DNA from: Parachlamydiaceae bacterium | GTDB taxonomy: Bacteria; Chlamydiota; Chlamydiia; Chlamydiales; Parachlamydiaceae | Direction of reading: 5' to 3' | Length of the DNA stretch: 64,000 bases | NCBI GenBank assembly: GCA_044226925.1 | Contig: JBGAGC010000001.1 | Coordinates: 474,862 to 538,861 of the forward strand | Translations under genes and position numbers: made by a program | Shown here: piece by piece, positions 1 through 7,867 of the stretch | Layout of the letters: every line of letters begins with the position of its first letter | Numbering within the stretch: position 1 is the stretch's first letter | Notes under the pieces: generated by a model | The model's database searches: none | Seen by the model: the letters and a program-made list of their open reading frames with translations, nothing else | Told to the model about the DNA's origin: nothing

Positions 1-563
1 TTTTCAGGTGTTTTTTTATCTGAATCTCCTTTTCCCGCCGGTGTTTGGATATCATTATTCCCTTGCACACGTTCAGGCGCAGCATAGAAAAAATACTTGA
101 TATTGACCACATGTTCGCATAAAACTTCTTCATATAAATATTCATGCGGCTGATCAACATGCAAGGGCCAGCTAGCTAAACAAAGTCGTCCATTTAAATC
201 TACATAAAGTCTTGCTAAAAGATCGCGTGAAAAATGTGGATTTTTTCGGACTTCATTATCAAATGTAAAAATCAAGCTTGGTGAGTTTGAAAAATCTCGA
301 TGTGACGGTTGGGTATAAAAATAAAACGGCCTTTTTTTACTCTCATTCTCATTGACAATCCTTTCGAAAATAAATCCCAAACGAGACTCTAAATAACGCA
401 TTTTGAAGCTGTCTCTTTGCGCTTGTTCTGATAAACGAGTCATCTCCGATAATTCACGAAAAAAACCAAATACAAAAACCAGCAAAATGGAGAGAATAGA
501 AACTGCGATTAACGTTTCTAACAAAGTCATATAAGCTTTACGCACACTAAAAAGAGCGCTCAT
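1..563 (-). CDS. pseudopilin-like protein, 3' end outside window (fourth prepilin-type gene of the T2SS operon)
   Basis: Minus-strand frame reads open from ATG 563-561 to the window edge (187 codons; stops checked explicitly for bases 3-59, the rest translated by eye). It is absent from the ORF track because there is no stop in the window. The ATG overlaps the TGA of the upstream ORF (ATGA). N-terminus MSALFSVRKAYMTLLETLIAVSILSILLV has a basic leader, MTLLE and a hydrophobic helix, which is the prepilin-type layout. Confidence 0.6.
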   Translation of the reverse strand, partial: MSALFSVRKAYMTLLETLIAVSILSILLVFVFGFFRELSEMTRLSEQAQRDSFKMRYLESRLGFIFERIVNENESKKRPFYFYTQPSHRDFSNSPSLIFTFDNEVRKNPHFSRDLLARLYVDLNGRLCLASWPLHVDQPHEYLYEEVLCEHVVNIKYFFYAAPERVQGNNDIQTPAGKGDSDKKTPE

Positions 564-1339
564 CTTTTTTTCCCATTAAACGGCTTTTTGCCCGGCTGCA
601 CAGGAGAGGTTATTTGAGAAGGTACTTGTCTTGGAAAAGGAGGTGGTTTATCATCGTCATCCTCATCATCCTCTAAGTCATCTTCATCGTCATCCTCATC
701 ATCCTCTAAGTCATCCTCATCATCATCCTCAGTTTCTTCTTGGTGAATTGCCGCTGTTTGACTTGGCTGACCTGGCGCTTGAGGTGTTGTTGGTTGATTT
801 TGATCTGGTCCATTAGCCTCTATTTTCTTTGATTCAATACAGACACAATAGTCATAAAAAGTGACGGCTGGATTTTGATTTTGGTCATCGCTTTTTTTAT
901 TTTCTAATTCTGTTGGTTTATAACGTGTATCTTCTAATTGAATGACAAGTTTGCCTATAGATTTTTTAGGTTTACCGGAAGTCGTTGCTATAGGAGTCAT
1001 CAACGTAAATTCGCCTTGAAATTTATAAGCTAATTGTTGCAAAAGTTGAGTAACTTCAGGATCTGATAAAACAATCAAATTTGATTGTTTTGCTTCAGGT
1101 AATGGAATATTGCGCTTATAAAGTTGTTCGATAAATTTAGCATGAATCAAATGCGCTAAATGATCACGATTGTTTTGTCGAATTATTTCTTGCTGCGATT
1201 GATAAATAGACGTAAAAATACGCATGGTGGGTGCAATGCAAATTAAGAGAATAAAGGCAGCCACCATCAACTCCAAAAGCTGGAAATGACGCTTATGACG
1301 TCGGATTCTGTTCAGAGCGATCTGCATATAATTTCTCAT
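560..1339 (-). CDS. pseudopilin-like protein with acidic D/E-repeat and Pro-rich C-terminal tail
   Basis: ORF track, 259 aa. RRHKRHFQLLELMVAAFILLICIAP is a prepilin-type N-terminus (Glu at +5 of FQLLE). The C-terminus is EETEDDDEDDLEDDEDDDEDDLEDDEDDDD followed by KPPPFPRQVPSQITSPVQPG. The start is Met1 (1339) or Met5 (1327). Either one overlaps the upstream ORF. Confidence 0.65.
   Translation of the reverse strand: MRNYMQIALNRIRRHKRHFQLLELMVAAFILLICIAPTMRIFTSIYQSQQEIIRQNNRDHLAHLIHAKFIEQLYKRNIPLPEAKQSNLIVLSDPEVTQLLQQLAYKFQGEFTLMTPIATTSGKPKKSIGKLVIQLEDTRYKPTELENKKSDDQNQNPAVTFYDYCVCIESKKIEANGPDQNQPTTPQAPGQPSQTAAIHQEETEDDDEDDLEDDEDDDEDDLEDDEDDDDKPPPFPRQVPSQITSPVQPGKKPFNGKKR
651..716. repeat. 33-bp tandem duplication (2 copies, 1 mismatch) inside the pseudopilin-like gene, encoding the acidic 11-aa repeat
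   Basis: 651-683 tcatcgtcatcctcatcatcctctaagtcatct is followed directly by 684-716 tcatcgtcatcctcatcatcctctaagtcatcc. Confidence 0.9.
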
Positions 1340-1901
1340 AAACTTCTGCAGGATAAAGCAACTGGCTTTTCTCTGCTTTTTTTTGCGGCTTTGCTTCAGG
1401 CGATTTAGCTGTTAAAGAAGTGGGATAACCGAGAAGTTCAATTTCAAATGTTCTTTTATTCGAGCGTTGAGTGTCATCTTTTTTTCCTTCAAATAAAATC
1501 AACATGCCTTGACTCATGTGACCTAAAGAAAATTCAATACTTAGTTCTTCCTCATTGCTCTCATTAAATTCATATGATTGGATCATCGATAATTTGACTT
1601 TACGCTCAACAAAACGATCCCAGCCTTTTTCTAAAGGCTTTTCAAGCTGCAGCCAAAAAAAAATTTGCTTACTATCAGGATCTTTTGCCATTTTAAAATG
1701 GACATCCGTATCCATAATCAGCATTAAATCCTGAGCCATAGCTAAATGGCTCAAGACCTGCTGAGATTCCGATAAGAAGCGTTGTTCTTGATAAACTTCT
1801 TTAATCTTTACTCCTGTTAAAATGGCACCAAATGACATAATGAATATGACAATCAATAGCTCTAACAAGGTAAAATAAGATTTTTTAACAATATGGATCA
1901 T
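1293..1901 (-). CDS. pseudopilin-like protein (minor pseudopilin position downstream of gspG)
   Basis: ORF track, 202 aa. N-terminus MIHIVKKSYFTLLELLIVIFIMSFGAILTG has a basic leader, FTLLE and a hydrophobic helix. It starts 14 nt downstream of the gspG stop. Confidence 0.65.
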   Translation of the reverse strand: MIHIVKKSYFTLLELLIVIFIMSFGAILTGVKIKEVYQEQRFLSESQQVLSHLAMAQDLMLIMDTDVHFKMAKDPDSKQIFFWLQLEKPLEKGWDRFVERKVKLSMIQSYEFNESNEEELSIEFSLGHMSQGMLILFEGKKDDTQRSNKRTFEIELLGYPTSLTAKSPEAKPQKKAEKSQLLYPAEVYEKLYADRSEQNPTS

Positions 1902-1915
1902 GAATCAAGTTAAAA

Positions 1916-2317
1916 CTATTGGCTATTAAATAAACTACCTTTACCTTTCGCAGATTGATATTCTCCATATTTTTTGGATGTAATTTCAATTTCGCCACTA
2001 TTATCAGTGCTCACTTCATAATCATCGCCCCATCCATCTTTCATCAATTCCTTAGAATTTTTGACAAGTTGAGAACTTGCAACAATATCTCTCCATCGAG
2101 AATCTAAATGCTCACGATCTTCTGGATGCGTTGCTAAATGAAGGTCTAACACAGTACGAATTTTATCAATCCCAGCTTTTGTTTTGAACGCCTTCCCTTC
2201 TTCTAAGCTTCCTGTATAGTTATAAGCAATAACACCAGTAATCATGGCAATCAAAAACATCACGATCATCATCTCAACTAACGTGATAAATCGCTTTTTA
2301 AATGCAAATTTTTTCAT
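1916..2317 (-). CDS. gspG: type II secretion major pseudopilin GspG
   Basis: MKKFAFKKRFITLVEMMIVMFLIAMITGVIAYNY N-terminus and a GWGDDYEV motif near the C-terminus. I chose the internal Met30 of the 162-aa ORF (ATG 2317-2315) because it is preceded by AAGAGGA. The longer 5' extension has no pilin-like sequence. Confidence 0.85.
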   Translation of the reverse strand: MKKFAFKKRFITLVEMMIVMFLIAMITGVIAYNYTGSLEEGKAFKTKAGIDKIRTVLDLHLATHPEDREHLDSRWRDIVASSQLVKNSKELMKDGWGDDYEVSTDNSGEIEITSKKYGEYQSAKGKGSLFNSQ

Positions 2318-2459
2318 CTTGTCCTCTTTGTTATTGTTAAATAAATCACATGAGAGTCGCAAAAATGAGAGCCAGAAATTAGGAGACAGAAGCCTATGCC
2401 ACATGATCTTAAGTAGTTTCTTCTGTCTTCTGACTGATGACTTCCATTTTTCAACTCTT

Positions 2460-3647
2460 TTACCCCACTGAAAAGGAACTGACGTCTGTTAATGGCAACA
2501 AAATTGCCAATAAAACTGTCCCAATGACAACCCCCATAACAATCAAAATCACAGGCTGTGCAAGCGCCATCACACGATCTAACGTTTTCTCGAGCTCTTG
2601 TTCATACATATCTGCAATACGATTGAGCATGACCACACTTGTTCCAGACTCTTCGCCTACAGCCAACATGCGAGAAATTAACTGAGGAATATACTTGGAT
2701 TTTGCCAACTCTCGACTTAAAGAGTGTCCTTCAATAATTTTTCCCTCTGCAACCTGGATCTCTTTTTCCAATACCACATTGCGCATAATCCCTCGCGAGA
2801 TGCGCAAAGCGTCAATCATGCTCAATCCCCCTTGCAACAAGGTCCCCATGGTTCGGCAAAAACGAGCCACAGCAGTTTGAATGACAAGTGTTTTAAGCAA
2901 AGGAATTTTTAAAAATGTTTTTTCTAACCATAGGCGGCCTTCCTGTGATCGCAATTTCCAAATTAATCCCACTATTCCACCCACAATGAGAGGAAAATAA
3001 AGCCACCAATAGTCCCGAAATAGATGACTAAGCCCTAGAACACCATTCGTAAAAGCATTCAACTTTCTTTCAGCAAAAATTCCTTCCAAAGAAGGCACCA
3101 CAAATCCTAAAAGCAGTGCAATAATGAGGAGCGAAAAGCCTCCTAAAATTCCAGGATAAATCATTGCTGTCACAATTTGTTTTTTCAACTTCATATTGCG
3201 TGAAAGAAAATGGGTTAATTTTTCTAGAACTGGTCCTAAAGCACCAACAGCTTCCCCTGCAGCAATCATTCCACAATACAGCTTATCGAAACTTTCAGGA
3301 TAAGTTCCCATGGCAGTTGACAATGACATTCCAGCGCGAATTTGCTCGCATAAACTTAAAATAATTCGATGATAAGACTCCCCTCTTGACTGCTCTTCAA
3401 GAGCTAATAAACTTTCATATAAAGGAACACCTGCGTTGATCAACTGTGAAAGCTGAACAGTAAATGCGAGTAAATGGTCGCCTTTTAAATTCTGTTTTTT
3501 GTTAATTTTATTTTTGGCTTGCAGCTGGATGACCAAGATTCCTTGCTCGCGCAATTTAGCTTTAGCTTCTCGATCTCCTTGAGCATCAATCGCTCCCGTT
3601 CTTCTTTTTCCCTGGCTGTCGACATATTGGTATTGATAAAGCGGCAT
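2460..3647 (-). CDS. gspF: type II secretion inner-membrane platform protein GspF
   Basis: 395 aa. Shows the duplicated GspF/PilC cytoplasmic-domain plus TM architecture (GVPLYESLLAL, LLQGGLSMIDAL). Lies between gspE and gspG. Confidence 0.9.
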   Translation of the reverse strand: MPLYQYQYVDSQGKRRTGAIDAQGDREAKAKLREQGILVIQLQAKNKINKKQNLKGDHLLAFTVQLSQLINAGVPLYESLLALEEQSRGESYHRIILSLCEQIRAGMSLSTAMGTYPESFDKLYCGMIAAGEAVGALGPVLEKLTHFLSRNMKLKKQIVTAMIYPGILGGFSLLIIALLLGFVVPSLEGIFAERKLNAFTNGVLGLSHLFRDYWWLYFPLIVGGIVGLIWKLRSQEGRLWLEKTFLKIPLLKTLVIQTAVARFCRTMGTLLQGGLSMIDALRISRGIMRNVVLEKEIQVAEGKIIEGHSLSRELAKSKYIPQLISRMLAVGEESGTSVVMLNRIADMYEQELEKTLDRVMALAQPVILIVMGVVIGTVLLAILLPLTDVSSFSVG

Positions 3648-3656
3648 AGATATTGT

Positions 3657-5288
3657 TTACCCCTGTTCTTCGATTCCTCTTGCGACACGTAGAACTTCAG
3701 CGGCAGTTGACATACCACTTTTCACTAGTTCGGCCCCATGTCCCAATAGACTAATCATTCCTTGAGCAAGGGCGACGCGGCGCATTTCAACAGCGTCGGG
3801 ACTTTGCACGATTTGTTTATTAATGGCATTATTGACGGGCATGAGTTCATAAACTCCCTGACGTCCTTTAAAGCCTGTTTGATAGCAGTGTCCGCATCCT
3901 TTTCCTCTATAAAGATAACCATCAGGCAAACTTTCAGGCTTAATTCCGAGACTTTGAAGCTCGCGCTGGTTTGGAATATATGTTTCTTTACATTCAGGGC
4001 AAATGCGGCGCACCAAACGCTGCGCTAATACACCAACAATACAAGACGACAGTAAATAGGGTTCGATTCCCATATCCACAAGACGAGTAATCGCAGAAGG
4101 AGCATCATTTGTGTGCAAGGTGCTTAATACCAAGTGGCCTGTTAAAGCAGCTTGAATCGCAATTTCAGCTGTTTCTTTATCACGTATTTCCCCCACCATG
4201 ATAACATCGGGGTCTTGACGTAAAATATGGCGCAAACCAGTGGCAAAATCGAGTTTAATTTTATGATGCACGCCAATTTGAGCAATCCCTTTGAGATTAT
4301 ATTCGACAGGATCTTCAATTGTCATGATATTGATTTCATCGTTTGCCATTTCACAAATTGCACTATAAAGCGTCGTTGTTTTTCCGCTTCCTGTTGGCCC
4401 TGTGACAAGAACAATTCCTTCTGGCAAATCCACCAAGCGTTTAAATTGTTCAAATACGCTAGGAAGCATGCCTATTTTATCCAAACCCAATAAGACATTG
4501 CCTTTGTCCAAAATACGCAACACGATGCGTTCTCCACCTGCAATCGGAACTGTACTAACGCGAAAATCAATTTCGCGTCTGCCCATACGCAGCTTGATGC
4601 GTCCGTCTTGCGGAAGGCGATGTTCAGCGATATCAAGCTTAGCCATAACTTTAATACGTGTAAGGAGCTGAACTTGATAATCTTGAGCTGGTGCATGGCG
4701 ATTTTGCAACACACCATCAATGCGATAGCGCACGCGCATGCCATTTTCAGAAGGTTCAAAGTGAATATCTGAGGCACCTTGTTGGATAGCTTCAGTTAAA
4801 ATCAAATTTAAAAGCTGAATAATGGGCGATTGATGGCGGCTTTGATCTAAAAGATCGAAAACTTCTACATCATCTGCTCGTCCAGCTTCATTTTTATCTG
4901 TTAAATTGGCAATAAGTTGTGAAGCAGCGCCATCTTCTGTGTTATAGCAATCATGAATGGCTGATAAAATAACATCGCGTGGACTATAAACAGCTTGAAC
5001 ATCGCAATTGAGCAAAAAGCGCAACTCTTCTAAAGGAGCAAGATTAAGCGGATCGGCCACAGCAATAATAACAGTTTTATCAAGATCTTGAATGGGCAGC
5101 ACCACATGCTTTTTAGCAAAAGAGTAAGGAATTTGTTTATAGCGTTCACGGCTAACTTGTTTACCAGATAAGTCATGATAAATTGGCATTCCTAATTGTT
5201 CTGCCAAGCTAGCTTGCGCATCGCCGCCTAACATTCCTTGAAGAGCTAAGCCTTCAGATCCTAACTGAGTGCCGTTAGCGTCCATCAT
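3657..5288 (-). CDS. gspE: type II secretion ATPase GspE
   Basis: Walker A GPTGSGKTTT, Asp box, Walker B DPDVIMVGEIRD, His box LTGHLVLSTLHTN and tetracysteine CPECK...CGHC. Start set at the MM pair (5288/5285) preceded by GGAGAA. This overlaps the gspD stop (5275) by about 14 nt. The ORF-track extension to 5360 lies inside gspD. Confidence 0.9.
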   Translation of the reverse strand: MMDANGTQLGSEGLALQGMLGGDAQASLAEQLGMPIYHDLSGKQVSRERYKQIPYSFAKKHVVLPIQDLDKTVIIAVADPLNLAPLEELRFLLNCDVQAVYSPRDVILSAIHDCYNTEDGAASQLIANLTDKNEAGRADDVEVFDLLDQSRHQSPIIQLLNLILTEAIQQGASDIHFEPSENGMRVRYRIDGVLQNRHAPAQDYQVQLLTRIKVMAKLDIAEHRLPQDGRIKLRMGRREIDFRVSTVPIAGGERIVLRILDKGNVLLGLDKIGMLPSVFEQFKRLVDLPEGIVLVTGPTGSGKTTTLYSAICEMANDEINIMTIEDPVEYNLKGIAQIGVHHKIKLDFATGLRHILRQDPDVIMVGEIRDKETAEIAIQAALTGHLVLSTLHTNDAPSAITRLVDMGIEPYLLSSCIVGVLAQRLVRRICPECKETYIPNQRELQSLGIKPESLPDGYLYRGKGCGHCYQTGFKGRQGVYELMPVNNAINKQIVQSPDAVEMRRVALAQGMISLLGHGAELVKSGMSTAAEVLRVARGIEEQG

Positions 5289-7848
5289 ATTCTCCACATA
5301 CATTTTCACCGCATCCGTTACAACTATCGAGAATGTAGTAATTTTCACGAGGACGTCCAAACAACAGGGTCATGCTTCCTTCCATTAAGCGTGTTTTGTT
5401 ATAATAATGAGCTTCTTCTACGCATTCTAAGAAGTAAGGAACATCACCTGGACGCAAGCAAAGAAGTTCTTGCCTTAGACAAGCCAACTGCTCTTTCGGA
5501 TCTTTGACGATGTGAGGAGTAATAAAAATAAACATCTCTGTGCTGCTATCTCTCATTGTATTAATGCTAAATAACTTTCCTAAACCTGGCAATTCGCCTA
5601 AGAATGGAATAGCTTCTCGCGTATCATTAGAGACTTTTCGGCGCAATCCACCTAAAATAACGGTATCGCCATCTGGCACTTGTACTTGGTTGGTGATATG
5701 ACGTCTTGTCACATTGGGTCGGTCGGCGTTCGCGCCTGGATGAATAGTATCAAAAGTAATATCGGTTTCTAATGTCACATAGTCATATTCGGGATCATTT
5801 TCTTCACACTGCGATAGGTGAATCGTCGGCTTAATGCTAATGGTGATTCCGTACTGAGCTCGGGTGAAAGCATCTTTTAAAGTCACCCCTTTCGCTGTTT
5901 CAACTTCAAATACACCAGTATTAATGGAAATATCTTCGTTAATTGCAATAGTGGCTGGTGTTTGGTTGACAGTCATCAACGATGGGTTGGAATTGATTTG
6001 AACATCATCTTGATTCAATAAGAAGCGATAGACAAGATCAAAGCCCGGAATGCCGCAATCTGTTCCTTTTCGGCTGATAAGAAATTCAAATACTCCAGCA
6101 CTCGCACGAACGGCATTTTTATGTCCTTTCGGGAAAAGGTTATTGAAAGCTGCACCTGTCACGTTTTTATGGCCGCAATCGTTACCGCCAATTTTCAAGA
6201 GATTAAGTCCGAAACTGTTCTCCCTGTTGAGAATTTTCTCAAACAACAATGTCTCAATCTGCACCATTTTTTTCGGCACATCAAGCTTACGTAATAAATC
6301 TTTAAGCTTAGGAAGAATATCAGCTTCAACCACCATGACAATGGCTCCAGTCTTGACATCAACAATAAAATTGTCACGATCGTTATTGGCAGTTGTAGGT
6401 GCAAAAACACGAGGCTGGGCAGGAGCTGGATTAACAATATATCCTCCCTCTTGATAGAAGCCTTCTTGCTGGTAAAGAAGCAAAGGTGGTTCCTTTTGCG
6501 GAGGAAGAGCTGGTGGAACAGGTGGAGGTCCTGCTGGATTATTGTTATCAACAACAACAACTTTATTTTGAACATTTTCAGGACCACCAGGAAGCGGCTG
6601 GCCTTCCATGCTTGCACCTGTTGAAATCATCAAAGAATAAACACGGTATAGGACGTCAGCAAGCTCTTCTGGCTCTGAATGTTTGACTGTATACCAGAAT
6701 ACAACCTTATCGCGCGCTCCGCCAATTTGGCTTTCTACATTACGAACAATTTCTTCAGCTTTGCGGACCTCTTCTCGAGTTCCCACGACAAAAAGGGCCT
6801 GTGCCATATTCTGCAAAACAATAATTTTTAATCCATTGATATCAGCAGCAGATGATGATGCACGAGGAGGCACCGGAGCATTTCCTCCTGTAGGCGAAGA
6901 TGGTGGAGCAGATATGGGAATTGGAGCATCTGTTTGATCAAAAATCGCGCTTAAAATTTTCGCCATCTCATCAGCTTGCAGTTTAAAAACAGGCAATAAG
7001 CGATATTCTTTTTCACCGCGATTAACTGCGATAAAATCGTAAAGCCTGAGAAGGTCTTGGATTTCTCCAGCAGGTCCAATGAGTAAAATGTCTCGGCCTA
7101 AAATCTGAAGAAGAGTGGTATTAGGATTAATGAATTTTTCTAAAAATGAAAAAGTCCGACGTACTTCAGAAGGTTCGGTTGAAAGAACAAAACTAACGCG
7201 AGCTGTAGGCGGCAATACTTCTAAATCTTGCCTTACATTGGTAATTAAGCGCAAATGAGCATTATTTTGCTTAATCAAATAGAGCTGCCGCAAATAAGGA
7301 TTAAGCGTTTTAATACCTACTCCATTTTGACTCAGAATCAATTCAAGCATTTCACTCCAGGCAGCACGAGGAATTGGCAAATTAGAATCAATGCTGAGTT
7401 TAATGCTTCCCACTTCAGGTGGAATCAAATATACATAATCCTGCGAGCCATAATCAATAATGAGTTGCTCTAATGTTGTTTCAGGAGCATGCCAAAGCCC
7501 GTAGCCTTCTGTGCGATTACCGCGTGTGACTAATTCACGCCATCGATTTTCTAAATGATTTAAATAGCGCTTTTGCTCATTGATTTGATCTAACAATATC
7601 CGATATTCTTGTGGAGGAGCATCAGCTTGATAAAGACGCAAGACTTCATCATATAACTGTTGAAGGCGCGCATGGATTTCTTGTGTTTCTTTATTGATTT
7701 GCAACAAAAAACGTTCTGTTTCTTGATCAAGATCACTCTCATTGGATTTAAGATTAGCCTTCTTTTCAGCAATCGATTGCCCAAATAAAGTAAACGATGG
7801 AAGCCCTAAGAAAAGAAACCCGATTATCCAAATACGTTTGCTTATCAT
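5275..7848 (-). CDS. gspD: type II secretion outer-membrane secretin GspD, with Pro-rich insertion and Cys-rich C-terminal extension
   Basis: 857 aa. Signal peptide MISKRIWIIGFLFLGLPSFTLFG. Secretin core VPDGDTVILGGL...IPFLGELPGLGKLF...TEMFIFITPHIV. Sits in the gspDEFG context. Confidence 0.9.
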   Translation of the reverse strand: MISKRIWIIGFLFLGLPSFTLFGQSIAEKKANLKSNESDLDQETERFLLQINKETQEIHARLQQLYDEVLRLYQADAPPQEYRILLDQINEQKRYLNHLENRWRELVTRGNRTEGYGLWHAPETTLEQLIIDYGSQDYVYLIPPEVGSIKLSIDSNLPIPRAAWSEMLELILSQNGVGIKTLNPYLRQLYLIKQNNAHLRLITNVRQDLEVLPPTARVSFVLSTEPSEVRRTFSFLEKFINPNTTLLQILGRDILLIGPAGEIQDLLRLYDFIAVNRGEKEYRLLPVFKLQADEMAKILSAIFDQTDAPIPISAPPSSPTGGNAPVPPRASSSAADINGLKIIVLQNMAQALFVVGTREEVRKAEEIVRNVESQIGGARDKVVFWYTVKHSEPEELADVLYRVYSLMISTGASMEGQPLPGGPENVQNKVVVVDNNNPAGPPPVPPALPPQKEPPLLLYQQEGFYQEGGYIVNPAPAQPRVFAPTTANNDRDNFIVDVKTGAIVMVVEADILPKLKDLLRKLDVPKKMVQIETLLFEKILNRENSFGLNLLKIGGNDCGHKNVTGAAFNNLFPKGHKNAVRASAGVFEFLISRKGTDCGIPGFDLVYRFLLNQDDVQINSNPSLMTVNQTPATIAINEDISINTGVFEVETAKGVTLKDAFTRAQYGITISIKPTIHLSQCEENDPEYDYVTLETDITFDTIHPGANADRPNVTRRHITNQVQVPDGDTVILGGLRRKVSNDTREAIPFLGELPGLGKLFSINTMRDSSTEMFIFITPHIVKDPKEQLACLRQELLCLRPGDVPYFLECVEEAHYYNKTRLMEGSMTLLFGRPRENYYILDSCNGCGENVCGEYDGR

Positions 7849-7867
7849 ATCTGTTACACCTTAACAG

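Noticed and set aside
631-816. 61-aa His/Pro-rich ORF on the + strand (HRHPHHPLSHLHRHPHHPLSH...)
   Set aside because: It is the antisense reading of the acidic GAT/GAA-rich tandem repeat inside the pseudopilin-like gene. Its repetitiveness mirrors that repeat, and it has no start context of its own.
2318-2404. 5' extension of the gspG ORF (MWHRLLSPNFWLSFLRLSCDLFNNNKEDK)
   Set aside because: An internal ATG with an AAGAGGA ribosome-binding site gives a canonical short prepilin leader. The extension would bury the leader peptide. Similar ORF-track 5' extensions were trimmed for gspE (to 5288), DUF917 (to 59669), aroB (to 35490), the transposase (to 53648) and the 63490 lipoprotein.
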